Numbered from the stretch's first letter, positions 8,081 to 18,352 are shown. The stretch is DNA of 37,631 bases from an uncultured bacterium (GCA_965650215.1 CBFGOB010000001.1:1-37631), one strand, 5' to 3'. Notes: generated by a model not told the origin, from the sequence alone. A program made the numbers and translations.

Positions 8081-10249
8081 TCATTTCGATTTTGAAGAAG
8101 CGGCTTTGCTGATGGTGATTTCCAGAACCTCTTCGGTTTTCAAGTCGAGCCACAGCACCAATTCGGTGGTGCCGACCTTGGTGACAAGTCCGGCGCGGAA
8201 ATCCTTTCCGGCCACCGCCTCGCGTCCGTTCAAGGACACCTTCACCGGCCCTCCATTCCATCCGGCAATCACCAGCGCGGGATGGATGGCGGGGCGCTGC
8301 GGGCTGCAGTCCAGCCGGAAGCGCAGCAAGTCCCGGGCATCGTCCTTGCCCAGGGACACGCAGTAGGCCCGCTGCGTCGGGTCGTAGCGTGCGGCGGTGA
8401 TGCCGTCCGGCACCTGCAGGTCCGGGGCTTGAAGCCAGGATTTCGCCAGTGGAATCAAGTCGCTTGCGGTGCCATCGGTCATGCCATGCAGCATGATCTT
8501 GGTCAGGTGCTGCTCGCCCTGTTCGTGAGGGGCCCAGTAGATGTGGGAAAGCGAGCTGTGCGACGGGCGGTCCGTCGCATATGCCCAGCGGCCGCCCGAC
8601 TCGATCTGTGTGACCGGCCAGTGGTTCCACCATGGGAAGATCGAGCGCTCGGGTTTGATTTCCCTCGCATAGCTGTCGACCATGACGCCATCCGGCGCGA
8701 CAATGACAAAGGGGCTGTGTGCGGCCTTGAGGTGGACGAGGTGGATGCTCGGCTCCGGGATATCCACCAGCCATGTGCGCCACGGATAGGATGGTTTTTC
8801 ATGGCGCAGGTATGCGGGGTATTCGAGTTTCTGTCCGTAAACCTTTCCCGGCGGGGATTTTTCCCAGGAGTAGGTGATGCTTTGACCCTTCAGGTTCGCG
8901 AGGGTCAGCCCCTCGGGCCGGATGTTGTCGTGTGGGGCGGTGCCGGGCGGATTGATCACGAGCGATTCATGGTATTCGCGGAATCCGCCGTCCAAGGGTC
9001 CTTTCCCCGGGATGGCGAGCGGGTATTTCGACGAGACGGTAATCCTGCGGACTCCGACACCATCGGGATAGAGGGTGTAATGCTCATCCACCCAGTCACC
9101 CCATCCGGTTTCGGGGTCCACATGGGCATGGGCGTAGTCGGTATAGAGCGGTGCGTAGCGCCAATGCACGACGACGCGGGCAGGCGTGTTTTCGATGATG
9201 CGGACATGGGATGTGCGGCATTGCTTGTCCGCCATCGGTTCCGCGCTGCCTGCGCGTGAGTTTTCGCCGGTTTCGAAAAACGCGTTGGAATACCAGATTG
9301 CGTTGTCGGTCACCCAGCAGGGGATGTAGCTGGTGCCGCGCCAGAACACGAAGCGGTAGGGTGCGCGGTCGAAGCGCACGAGGACGTCCGGATTTTCGCC
9401 CACCGGCCAGTAATGCTCCCAGGCATCGGTGTAGCGCAAGCGGGTGCTGATGGCGCCGAAGTCTCCCGGGCCATCCGGACCGGAAGGCATGCGGGGTGGA
9501 TTCAGTGGTCGCGCTCCGTCCGGGCGCTCCGCCTGATGGCGGGCGGCGATGGCGGCCGCGTCGAGAGCGCCGGCTTCGATCCGGACCTCATCGATCAAGC
9601 CATCGAGCGAGCACGGGATCAACTGTGGCTTCGCCGACTTCATGTCAGGCATTTGAACCGGCGAGTGCAGGATTTCCGGCGTGTGGTTGCGGCCGATCCG
9701 GAGATCCTGCTCCACCACTGGGATGAATGGTCCTTGGTTGGGCAGGGACGCGACTTCCTGACCGTTGACCCACAAGCGCATGCCGCTTTCCGGCGACCAA
9801 GTGCCTGCCAGATGGTTCCATTCATAGAGTGCCAGTTTCGTCTGCGAGCGGCACTCGAGCCACTTGCCGGATGCGGCCATCCACAAGCCGGGGTATCCTT
9901 CCGGGTGAAGGCCCAGGCGAAATCCTGCCTGCGCGTTCGAGCGGTGATCCACGACCGCGAGCATCGTCCATGGATATGCTTCCAGCGCCACCCATGCGCT
10001 GATCGTGAAGCCGCGGGAGAGGTCCGGAATCTGAGCCGCAGGGACATTGATCACGGTCCGGATGCCATCGAAACCCATGGCCCTGCCTTTCACTCCGGGT
10101 GGATGGGATGCATGGCCTTCGGATCGGGCGCCAGCCTGCGCGAGCGATGCCATGTCATCCATGGTCAAATGCAGGGAGTCAACCGCGTGTCCACCTTGGG
10201 CCAAAAGGCATGAGGCGATAGAAATGAGGATCAGCTTTCGGGAATCCAT
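8081..10249 (-). CDS. Secreted LamG (ConA-like) domain protein with uncharacterised ~450 aa C-terminal domain, 722 aa
   Basis: Start ATG 10249 gives signal peptide MDSRKLILISIASCLLAQGGHA. LamG motifs FTISAWV, WNHLAGTW, MRLWVNG and LDGLIDEVRI are present. The C-terminal part is Trp/His-rich with no family recognised. Confidence 0.8.
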   Translation of the reverse strand: MDSRKLILISIASCLLAQGGHAVDSLHLTMDDMASLAQAGARSEGHASHPPGVKGRAMGFDGIRTVINVPAAQIPDLSRGFTISAWVALEAYPWTMLAVVDHRSNAQAGFRLGLHPEGYPGLWMAASGKWLECRSQTKLALYEWNHLAGTWSPESGMRLWVNGQEVASLPNQGPFIPVVEQDLRIGRNHTPEILHSPVQMPDMKSAKPQLIPCSLDGLIDEVRIEAGALDAAAIAARHQAERPDGARPLNPPRMPSGPDGPGDFGAISTRLRYTDAWEHYWPVGENPDVLVRFDRAPYRFVFWRGTSYIPCWVTDNAIWYSNAFFETGENSRAGSAEPMADKQCRTSHVRIIENTPARVVVHWRYAPLYTDYAHAHVDPETGWGDWVDEHYTLYPDGVGVRRITVSSKYPLAIPGKGPLDGGFREYHESLVINPPGTAPHDNIRPEGLTLANLKGQSITYSWEKSPPGKVYGQKLEYPAYLRHEKPSYPWRTWLVDIPEPSIHLVHLKAAHSPFVIVAPDGVMVDSYAREIKPERSIFPWWNHWPVTQIESGGRWAYATDRPSHSSLSHIYWAPHEQGEQHLTKIMLHGMTDGTASDLIPLAKSWLQAPDLQVPDGITAARYDPTQRAYCVSLGKDDARDLLRFRLDCSPQRPAIHPALVIAGWNGGPVKVSLNGREAVAGKDFRAGLVTKVGTTELVLWLDLKTEEVLEITISKAASSKSK

Positions 10250-10268
10250 GCGCTTTCGGTGTCTGGGT

Positions 10269-12596
10269 TCAGGGGGTCCATTCGATGCGTTGTCCCGCTT
10301 TGGTGGAGTGGGATTGTTCTTTCCCCGCATGCCGGAGGACCAGCGGGCCGCCCAGATGGGAAAGAATGGTCGCGCGGGTGAGCGCCCCATCCTGCCACTC
10401 CATGTCGATTTCAAAGCCGCCGCGGGCGCGAAGTCCCTTCGCCGTGCCGTGGCTCCAGCCCTTGGGAAGTGCGGGCAGCAGGGTGACGCCGCCGTCGTGG
10501 CTTTGCAGCAGCATTTCGGCCACCGCCGCGCAGCCGCCGAAGTTGCCGTCGATCTGGAACGGCGGGTGCAGGCACATCAGGTTCGGGGCTCCGCGTCCGA
10601 TGAGCATCGAGAGCAATTTGTCCGCGCGGTCGCCATCGTGGAGCCTTGCCCAGAAGTTCGCTTTCCACGCCATCGACCAACCGGTCGAGGCATCGCCCCG
10701 GCGCTCGAGCGAGCGGCGGGCGCCTTCCAACAAGCCCGGGGTATTGCGGTTGATCTCGTTCCCCGGATGCAGGCCCCAGAGGTGGGATACGTGGCGGTGA
10801 TGGACTTCTGCTTCCTCGAAATCCTCCTGCCATTCCATGATGCGGCCGTCCTGTTTGAGTTTCGTGGGGGCGAGGCGCGCACGGGTTGCCTTGAGTTTCG
10901 CCGCGAATTCCCCGTCGTCACCGAGAATGGCCGCGGCCTCGGCGGTCGCATCGAACAAGCCGCGGATGATCTGCATGTCGTAGGTGGAGCCGGCGCAGAG
11001 CCAGGCCCTCACTCTCTTGCCGTCCTTGTTGGTGGTGAAATATTTGTTTTCAGGCGAACTTGAAGGCACGGTGACGAGGAATTTCGTTTTTGGATCCTCG
11101 ATGAGCACGGCGGCACAGAATTCGGCGGCACCGCGCAGCAGCGGGTAATGTCTCTTCAGGAAATCCTTATCGCGGGTGAACTCGTAGTGGGTCCAGACGT
11201 GTTGGACGAGCCACGCGCCACAGGTTGGTCCGGCCGAGGCGGACAGATAGCTGGGCGAAGTTTCAAACCACGGGTTTTGGGTGTGGTAGGCGGCCCAGCC
11301 CGGCGCGTTGAAGTAAGCTTTTGCCGTGCGTGCCCCTTCCTTGGCCATGCCTTCGAGGAAGCGCATCAGCGGCAGGTGGCAGTCGGCGAGATTGGTCACT
11401 TCGGCGGGCCAGTAGTTCATCTGCAGATTGATGTTCGTGTGGAAGTCGCCGCGCCATGCGGTCGAGTATTCCTCGGCCCAGATCCCTTGGAGATTGGTTG
11501 GCCAGCGCGAGTCCGGGCGCGACCCCGAAACCATCAGGTGTCGGCCATACTGGAAATACAGGGCGGCCAGTGACGGATCGGGCGAGCGTTGGTTGAGCTT
11601 CACTCGCTCCGGTGTCGGCAGCGCGGCATTCGGGCCGGCCGGCAGCGTGACCGTGCAACGCTGCATGTAGGACCCGTGGTCGGCCACCGCCGCGGCACGC
11701 AAGGCCGCCGCGGACTTTTGCCGTGCGGCGGTCAGCCGTTCGCGGGTTTGCTTTTCAAATCCGGCATCTCCCAGGCTGGTTCCCGCCGAGACGATCAGCA
11801 GCGCTTCGTCCGCGCCTTCGATGCTGATGCCTTGGTCGCTGGTGCTGGTTTTCCCACCAATGCTTTCCGCGCCTAACAGCGCGAGGATCCGCGTGCCTTC
11901 TCCGCCGCCACCGGGTTTGTTGAAGGGAAGCTGGCCGATGAGCGCATGCTGGTCTTTTTGCGCTTTGGCCGTGGCGTCCTGCTTGCGCGAAAGCGCGGCG
12001 CTGAATGTCAGTTTTTCCGTTCCTGTCGCCTTGAGGTGGACGACGATGACCTCGTCGGGTTTCGATACGAAGACTTCCCGTTTCTGGCCGGATCGATTCT
12101 GTTGGAAGATCGTCGTCGAGACCCCCTGCATCAGGTTCAGGTCACGGCGGTAACCGCTTGCCGCGCCATCACCGCCTTTTGGAAAGCGGATGGTCAGGTC
12201 GCCGAGAATCTGATAACAGCCGAATTGATCGGCATCCCACCAGCCCTTGATTCCGGCGGGATACTGGAAGTTTTGTTTCAGCAGGGCTTCGGTGCCGGTG
12301 AGATCGCCGGAAAACAACTTCGCGCGCACTTCGGGCAGGCACTTCCAGGCGTCGTAATGGTTTGGATCATAGGGTCCGCCGGACCAGACCGACGACTCGT
12401 TGAGCACGATGCGCCATTCATCGATACCGCCGAAATCCATCGCGCCGAGGCGGCCGTTGCCGACAGGACAGGAGCTGTGGAAACTTTTGGCGGGTTCGGT
12501 GAACCACACACTCATGGGCTCCGCGGGGGCATCCACAGCGCATGCGAGGGAGGAGCCAAGGACCAAGGAGCACAGCCCCATGTGGAGTCGGTGCAT
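10269..12596 (-). CDS. GH95 alpha-L-fucosidase
   Basis: Motifs PVGNGRLGAM, LNESSVWSG, FQYGRHLMVSGSR, NLQGIW, HTNINLQMNYWPAE, HHRHVSHLWGLHPG and HPPFQIDGNFG. Signal peptide starts at ATG 12596; ATG 12677 is an alternative start. Confidence 0.93.
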   Translation of the reverse strand: MHRLHMGLCSLVLGSSLACAVDAPAEPMSVWFTEPAKSFHSSCPVGNGRLGAMDFGGIDEWRIVLNESSVWSGGPYDPNHYDAWKCLPEVRAKLFSGDLTGTEALLKQNFQYPAGIKGWWDADQFGCYQILGDLTIRFPKGGDGAASGYRRDLNLMQGVSTTIFQQNRSGQKREVFVSKPDEVIVVHLKATGTEKLTFSAALSRKQDATAKAQKDQHALIGQLPFNKPGGGGEGTRILALLGAESIGGKTSTSDQGISIEGADEALLIVSAGTSLGDAGFEKQTRERLTAARQKSAAALRAAAVADHGSYMQRCTVTLPAGPNAALPTPERVKLNQRSPDPSLAALYFQYGRHLMVSGSRPDSRWPTNLQGIWAEEYSTAWRGDFHTNINLQMNYWPAEVTNLADCHLPLMRFLEGMAKEGARTAKAYFNAPGWAAYHTQNPWFETSPSYLSASAGPTCGAWLVQHVWTHYEFTRDKDFLKRHYPLLRGAAEFCAAVLIEDPKTKFLVTVPSSSPENKYFTTNKDGKRVRAWLCAGSTYDMQIIRGLFDATAEAAAILGDDGEFAAKLKATRARLAPTKLKQDGRIMEWQEDFEEAEVHHRHVSHLWGLHPGNEINRNTPGLLEGARRSLERRGDASTGWSMAWKANFWARLHDGDRADKLLSMLIGRGAPNLMCLHPPFQIDGNFGGCAAVAEMLLQSHDGGVTLLPALPKGWSHGTAKGLRARGGFEIDMEWQDGALTRATILSHLGGPLVLRHAGKEQSHSTKAGQRIEWTP

Positions 12597-12710
12597 CGTG
12601 TCTTTCAACCGATGGTGGCTCCGGACATCGCCGGATCGGCGGGTCATGGGGATGGAGGCAAGGACGGAGGGTCGCATATCGGTTGTTGAGTGATGGGGCT
12701 TGTGAGGGGT

Positions 12711-15700
12711 TCACTCCTGCGGCACGAATGCCAGATCGGTGAGCATGAGGTCGGGGCCGTGGAGGGTTGTGGCTTCGATGGTGACCTGGCCATCGTTGGT
12801 ATGTTCGCGGATGACAGGAAAGCGGATCCATTGGGCCTTGTCGAGATCGGGCAGGTTCAGGGTTTCTCCCTCGATCTGCACAGTGCCCCGGCGTCCCTTG
12901 CGGTCCGCATCGTGGAACCGGAGATGCAGGGTGCCCGGCACTCCGGCGCGGAGCTGGAGGACGACACGCAGTCGCTTGCCGAACCATGCGGAACCGGAAC
13001 CATCGCGACGCGCGCCATCGCCCTCCACGGTGTAGTGGACGCCCTCGGCGCGCGTCAGGATGTGATCGTCCTCGGCACGCAGCGGTTGTGCTTTCCCGAG
13101 TGCCGCCAGCCGTCCGGCAGCGCGCACGTAGAGATCGGCGGACGAGAACCCTTCCGGCAGCGCGGCGAGCGCACCGGCAGTGGCGGGGAAAAGGGCGTCG
13201 AGCGCTTCCCAGGAGAGGTTGAGCGCGGGGGCGAAGGCATCGCCGGCGGCATAGTCGAGCAGACTGCGTCGCAGCCCTGCGACTTCCGGATGGCGCGCGG
13301 CGCGATCCGCCGCCAGCGAGTATCCGGAAACCAGCAGCATGCCCGTGCCCGCGCGGCATTCGAAAATGGATCCCAGCTTGCGGTTGAGATGGAAGTCATC
13401 CACCGGCTGGGCGATGGGTTTCCAGTCATCCGGAACCAATCGTGTTAGATCGAAGGCCTTGGCGCCGGCGCAGATGTCGTGCCACAGCCAATCATTGAAA
13501 GCGGGGGTCGGGAAACCGGAGAAAGCCGGGTGCCCGTTGCGCACGACTAGCCCCATGGTTTGCGACTGTTGGCCTGGAAATAGTGGCGACGACCAGAAGA
13601 GCGGACGCCATGACGCCAGCGCGGTCGCTCCTGAGGCGCCCACGCGGTCGGTGAAAAACACCACGCGTCGGCCGGCAAGCAGCGCGGACTTGGCGGACTG
13701 CCAGTTGTCGGTGATCAGGACATTCGGCGGAATCGCGCCGCTCGATGCGGCCGGAAAAACCCAGAGGGGATAGCTATTGCGGATGTCTTGTCGTTCGATG
13801 GACTCAAGCGTCATCCGGAGTTCGGTGGGAGCGGCCATGCCGGCGAGTCCGGTGCGGATGTCACCCGCGCGGCCGACCATGCCGGGGTGCAGCGTCACGG
13901 CGGGCAGGGTGCCGCTGGCCAGTTCGCGCCCGTCCAGGGTCGCAAGCGTCCAGCGCAGCGTCAGTTCGAATTTTTCCTCCTGTCCCGAATGGTGGATGAG
14001 CGCGGCGGCCTCGAGAGTTTCGTCATTCCTCCAAACGCGCTTCCCGATTTCTAACAATGGCACGGTTGGCGCGCACCACTGGCGGAAGTCGGCGGGGCTG
14101 GTGACTCCCTTGTTGTTGTAAAAGACATCGCGCCAGCCGACCAGCGCCTCGCCCTGACCGGGAAAGTCCTGCATCGAAAGCAGTTGGAATCCGGCGCATG
14201 AAGGCGTGCGCAGGAAACCTTCGATTTCCTCGCGGTTGAGCAAGCGGTTGAGGGCGCCTGAGGCGGCGCTCAAAGCGGCCGCATCGTCGAGAATGCCATG
14301 GGCGTGTGCCTTTTCGCGCATTGCGGCGAGGCGGAATGGCTTGAGGGGTCCGGTGAATTTCACGAGCTCCGCCCAATCCGGATAGACCGGTATCTGCCCG
14401 GTTTCGTGGGCGATCAGCGGGACTTTGGCGGACGCGTAGGCGGTCTCATAATTCCAGCATGTGTTGGCGCTGGTCCGGCCGCGGATTTCGCCATGCCCTG
14501 GAATGCGCGGCGTGGCATTGTAATCGCATTGCGCGGAGATCGCGCGGGCGGTGGACGCGGCATAGAAGCGTCTGGGGTCATGGGCGCGCGCCTCGGCGAT
14601 CCACTGTCCAAGGACGTCGATATCCGCGCTACCCAACTCATTGCCGATGCAGAACAGGACAAAGGACGGATGATTCCCGTAGGCATCGATGATGCGGCGG
14701 ATTTCCGCGCGTGCGAACCCATCGGTGCTTCGGTCGTTCCTTCCGAGCCCCTGGGGATGGCTTGCGGTCTCCATTTCCGGCCGCTTGTTCGGCCTCGACA
14801 TCCAGCGGTCGATCCAGAACGGCGCCTCGACCTGCAGGTAAATGCCCAGCTCGTCGGCAGCCTCGAAGGCGGCGCGCGGCGGACACCAGGAGTGGAAGCG
14901 CGCATGGTTCAGGTTGTGCTCCCGGTAGATTTTCCAAATGCGGCGCCAGCTGTCGATGTCGGTCGGTGGGTGGCCGGTGAGCGGGAACGCCGCGCACTCC
15001 AGGTTGCCGCGGAAGAATGCCGGTTGGCCATTGATCGCGATGCGCTGACCGCTGCGGGTGATGCTGCGGAACCCGACGCGTTCGCGCAGCGGGGCGGCAT
15101 CCGCGCACGACGCATCCGAGCGGATTTCGATCTGGTAGAGTGGCTGGTCAAACTCGCTCCACCGCCGGGGAGTGGTGGCGAGCGGCAAGGTGACCTGATG
15201 GGTTTTCGCGCCGGCCTCGGCCTGCCAGCTGACATGCGACACTTCGTGTCCCTCGGGATCGGTCACGCGGATCGTGCCGCTGGCGCGGCTGCCGTCGGCG
15301 GTCGGTTCCAGGCCCAGTTCGGCGCGCAATTGCTGGGTTTCCGCATCCGGAAAGATCCGGGCAGCCATTGCCTCGCCTGGGGAGAAGGCGCGCAGTGCGA
15401 TTTTGCCGACCGCGCCATTCCATATTCCCTGCATCTGGTCGCCGTAGGCGTGGCCTTTGTCGCCGATCGGGTGGATCATGCGGTTGTCGATGCGCAGGGT
15501 GATGCGGCACGGGCCGGTCTCGATGCCGGTGCCCACGCGGCCCAGCGCATGCACGTGCGGCACGCAGAGCGAATCCGCGGGTGCGGACAGCTCCCGTCCA
15601 TTGAGCCAGACGCGGCTCTGCCACATCACGCGCTCCAGCACGAGTTCGACGCGGCGTCCACGCCAGGATTCGGGGATGTTGATTTCGCGCTGATACCAAG

Positions 15701-16010
15701 CCGGGCCGACCCAGTCGAATTCGCGTGTCAGGTATAGTTCTCCATCCGGAGCTTCGGTCCGGCGTGTGCCTTTGCCTGCCAGACCGGTGGTGCCCGGCAG
15801 ACCGATGGTGTCCGCAAATGCATCCGGCGAGTTCCACCAGGCGGAGGCGAGTCCCTTGTCACCGGCATCCATGGCAAAGCGCCAGGTTCCGCAGAGCGGG
15901 ATTTCCTCAGCCGCCGCGAGAGGGGAGAGCAGCGCTGCGCACAGGATCGGCAAAGCCATGGCCAAGGAAGCATTTCGCATGGGCTTGGGGGTGGAGCTGC
16001 GTGAATTCAT
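12711..16010 (-). CDS. GH2 glycoside hydrolase with extra C-terminal beta-sandwich/CBM-like module, 1099 aa
   Basis: GH2 sugar-binding domain (PLCGTWRF, GPAWYQREI, LERV), RRWSEFDQPLY, VGFRSI, NHARFHSWCPP, ADELGIYLQVE, acid/base IGNEL and nucleophile IAHETGQ. Has a signal peptide. Confidence 0.88.
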   Translation of the reverse strand: MNSRSSTPKPMRNASLAMALPILCAALLSPLAAAEEIPLCGTWRFAMDAGDKGLASAWWNSPDAFADTIGLPGTTGLAGKGTRRTEAPDGELYLTREFDWVGPAWYQREINIPESWRGRRVELVLERVMWQSRVWLNGRELSAPADSLCVPHVHALGRVGTGIETGPCRITLRIDNRMIHPIGDKGHAYGDQMQGIWNGAVGKIALRAFSPGEAMAARIFPDAETQQLRAELGLEPTADGSRASGTIRVTDPEGHEVSHVSWQAEAGAKTHQVTLPLATTPRRWSEFDQPLYQIEIRSDASCADAAPLRERVGFRSITRSGQRIAINGQPAFFRGNLECAAFPLTGHPPTDIDSWRRIWKIYREHNLNHARFHSWCPPRAAFEAADELGIYLQVEAPFWIDRWMSRPNKRPEMETASHPQGLGRNDRSTDGFARAEIRRIIDAYGNHPSFVLFCIGNELGSADIDVLGQWIAEARAHDPRRFYAASTARAISAQCDYNATPRIPGHGEIRGRTSANTCWNYETAYASAKVPLIAHETGQIPVYPDWAELVKFTGPLKPFRLAAMREKAHAHGILDDAAALSAASGALNRLLNREEIEGFLRTPSCAGFQLLSMQDFPGQGEALVGWRDVFYNNKGVTSPADFRQWCAPTVPLLEIGKRVWRNDETLEAAALIHHSGQEEKFELTLRWTLATLDGRELASGTLPAVTLHPGMVGRAGDIRTGLAGMAAPTELRMTLESIERQDIRNSYPLWVFPAASSGAIPPNVLITDNWQSAKSALLAGRRVVFFTDRVGASGATALASWRPLFWSSPLFPGQQSQTMGLVVRNGHPAFSGFPTPAFNDWLWHDICAGAKAFDLTRLVPDDWKPIAQPVDDFHLNRKLGSIFECRAGTGMLLVSGYSLAADRAARHPEVAGLRRSLLDYAAGDAFAPALNLSWEALDALFPATAGALAALPEGFSSADLYVRAAGRLAALGKAQPLRAEDDHILTRAEGVHYTVEGDGARRDGSGSAWFGKRLRVVLQLRAGVPGTLHLRFHDADRKGRRGTVQIEGETLNLPDLDKAQWIRFPVIREHTNDGQVTIEATTLHGPDLMLTDLAFVPQE

Positions 16011-16040
16011 TGGCGCGGCCGGATACCGGTGTGGGCGAGT
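15911..16040. repeat. Diverged direct repeat, copy 1 (GH2 signal-peptide region, start and upstream bases); copy 2 at 18256-18382
   Basis: 15948-16020 aligns without gaps to 18290-18362 with 60/73 identities by manual count, including exact runs of 19, 13 and 16 nt. Weaker similarity extends on both sides. Confidence 0.85.
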
Positions 16041-16061
16041 TTTCTTGAATCGATGGTGCTG

Positions 16062-17351
16062 TCAAAGTTTCCACGGCCCACGCATCTCGTAGCTGAGATG
16101 CTTGTTGGCTTCGTCGTCGTTGAAGCGTTCGGTCTTTGGATCCCAGACAAGCTTGCGACCGAGTTTAAGGCAGATGCCGGCGGCGAGGCAGAGGCTGGTG
16201 GCGCGATGCGCGACGCTGATTGGCGCGATCGTCTCCTTGCGCGATTTGCAACACTCGATGAAGTTTGTCTCGTGCTGGCGGGATTGACCGAGCCGAACCG
16301 GAAGGTCTTCAATCGGAGTGCGGAGCAGGTCGCGATTGCTGGATTTCATCGTTTGCCGGCAGAACAGCCAGTCCTTGTCGCCATGAAACTTCACGCCATG
16401 AGGATTGCGGCCGGTGTCGGTCATGGTGATGCGGCTGCCATCCTGCCAAGTGAATTGCAGTTCGTAGGTGAGCACGGTGTCAAACAAGCCGGACCTTGGA
16501 TAAACGCCTTTTCCCTCGATGGCGACAGGCCCGTGTTCCTCGGTGATGCCCAGTCCCCACAGGGCGAGGTCCATGTCATGGACGCCAAAACCCGAGACCC
16601 ATCCGGCTTTTGAGTAGTCGCTGATGAAATACCAGGCAGCCTGGTTTTTGAACGCCGCGCTGCGCATGTGGCGCCATGGCGTATAGGGTCTTTCCGGAGC
16701 AGGCCCTTGGAACAAATCCCAATCGAGCCAATCCGGCACGGGTTCGGGTGGGTGGTCGCCGGTAGCGAACCCGGGTGGCGAACCGATGGTGACCTGACGG
16801 ACCTCGCCGATCACCTTGTTGCGGACCATCGTGCAGACCTTGTGATTGGCGATGCTCGAGCGCAGCTGGGTGCCGTGCTGGAAGATCCGGTCGCTCTTGT
16901 GAATCACGTCCACCAGCGCGCGGCCCTCGGCGATGGTGTTGGACAGGGGTTTTTCGCAATAGACGTCCTTGCCGGACTCGATGGCGGCCTTGGCCTGCAG
17001 CACGTGCCAGTGGTCGGGGCTGGCGATGAGCACGGCATCGATGTCATCGCGGGCGAGCAATTCGCGGAAGTCACGGTAGCGCCGTTCGGCGGGAATCTGG
17101 GCAAGTTCTCCCGCCTCGTTCAGATGATTGCGGTTCACGTCGCAGACAGCGGTTACCCGGGCAGCCTTGCAGGACATGAAATTGCGGATGCCTCCCATCG
17201 CCTTGTTGCCCGTTCCGATCACGCCGACGCTGATCTTGTTGGATGGGGCATCCCCGCCAAACAACCGGGATGGCAGGATCATCGGCGCGGCGATGGCGGC
17301 GGCTCCGGTCTTGAGAAAACGGCGGCGGGTGGTGCTGCTCGCCTGGTTCAT
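16062..17351 (-). CDS. Tat-exported Gfo/Idh/MocA family NAD(P)-dependent oxidoreductase, 429 aa
   Basis: Start ATG 17351 (ATGA overlap). Twin-arginine signal TTRRRFLK, Rossmann motif VGVIGTGNKA, DAVLIASPDHWH, VYCEKPLS and LDWDLFQGPAP. Confidence 0.92.
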   Translation of the reverse strand: MNQASSTTRRRFLKTGAAAIAAPMILPSRLFGGDAPSNKISVGVIGTGNKAMGGIRNFMSCKAARVTAVCDVNRNHLNEAGELAQIPAERRYRDFRELLARDDIDAVLIASPDHWHVLQAKAAIESGKDVYCEKPLSNTIAEGRALVDVIHKSDRIFQHGTQLRSSIANHKVCTMVRNKVIGEVRQVTIGSPPGFATGDHPPEPVPDWLDWDLFQGPAPERPYTPWRHMRSAAFKNQAAWYFISDYSKAGWVSGFGVHDMDLALWGLGITEEHGPVAIEGKGVYPRSGLFDTVLTYELQFTWQDGSRITMTDTGRNPHGVKFHGDKDWLFCRQTMKSSNRDLLRTPIEDLPVRLGQSRQHETNFIECCKSRKETIAPISVAHRATSLCLAAGICLKLGRKLVWDPKTERFNDDEANKHLSYEMRGPWKL

Positions 17352-18352
17352 GGCCTTTGCCTTTCCTGATAGATCTGATGCTGGTTGCGGAGTTCTTTTT
17401 CGGAAGGTGCCGCGCCCTGGCGGATCCAGAAGCGGTATTGCAGGGTGAGCGGCCGGGCTTTCTCCAGGGCATGGCGGGTTTTGGCGTGCGGAAAGGCCGG
17501 CTGGAACCAGGATAGTTCCGGATACTGGATATGGTCCGCCGGGTAACCCGGATTCGTGGATTTCTCGAACACGGTGAGCGACATCGGCGTGGAGCTGCCC
17601 TGCCAGCGGCCAGCCGCCAAGTGCCAGGCGACGCGCGACGGGGTGTTTTCGGGATCGGCGTGGTGGAGCAGTTGCGTCCCCTCGATTTTCGGCATGCGGA
17701 TGTTGAGGCCGCCGTATTGGGTGGTGCCCCGGCGGGCAAGCGTGACGCCATCCTCCAACGCTTCGAAGCGCAGGGTGAGATCGATCCAACGACCATGCGC
17801 TCCGGACTGCCATGCGCGGATGATGGCTGTTTCCCGCACGACCGGCGTCTTGTCCTCCCACATCCAGCGGTTCAGAGCCTCGATTTCGACCCAAGCTTCG
17901 CCGCTGCGCGTTTCCATCTTGCCACTTGGCCGTGCCCAGACCCGCTGGAGGGCGTGCAAGTCGCCGGTTTCGCCCATGTATCCCACTTCCGGCCATGCCC
18001 AGTAAATGCCGCGATGATGCGGATGGTCCGGATTCCAGTCCGAAGTCAGGGGCATGCCGTCCAGATCACACAAGGGATGGATGTAGTTGCTGCGGGCTAG
18101 GGCGTATTTACCGTGTTTTTTCGAGCCGGAAAAATCCGCCGGGACAGGGACGTTCCTGTAGTGATAGACGAGCACCGTTTTGCCTGCCTCGGTGATGGTC
18201 ATCCGCCCGCTTGCTTCGTCGTATGTGGCGCGCGGCGCATCCGCGGCACGTGCCACCGCCGCGAGGGTCAGCAGCACGGCGCCAAAGACCGGCAAAGCCA
18301 TGGCCAAGCGATCGTGCCGCATGGGCTTGGACATGGCGATGCTTGGATTCAT
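17348..18352 (-). CDS. DUF6807 (PmoA-like, PF14100-type) secreted protein, 334 aa
   Basis: Start ATG 18352 overlaps the esterase stop. Family-like motifs RSNYIHPL and DHPHHRGIYWAW, plus YGGLNIR and LTLQYRFWI. Confidence 0.75.
   Translation of the reverse strand: MNPSIAMSKPMRHDRLAMALPVFGAVLLTLAAVARAADAPRATYDEASGRMTITEAGKTVLVYHYRNVPVPADFSGSKKHGKYALARSNYIHPLCDLDGMPLTSDWNPDHPHHRGIYWAWPEVGYMGETGDLHALQRVWARPSGKMETRSGEAWVEIEALNRWMWEDKTPVVRETAIIRAWQSGAHGRWIDLTLRFEALEDGVTLARRGTTQYGGLNIRMPKIEGTQLLHHADPENTPSRVAWHLAAGRWQGSSTPMSLTVFEKSTNPGYPADHIQYPELSWFQPAFPHAKTRHALEKARPLTLQYRFWIRQGAAPSEKELRNQHQIYQERQRP

Noticed and set aside
12597-12710. 8-bp inverted repeat (CAACCGAT/ATCGGTTG) and alternative GH95 start at 12677
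   Set aside because: Too short to distinguish from chance. The start ambiguity is noted in the feature.
17348-18352. Methane monooxygenase (from the PmoA label of this family)
   Set aside because: It is a soluble secreted protein without pMMO transmembrane helices, and no pmoB/pmoC is present. The family name is misleading.
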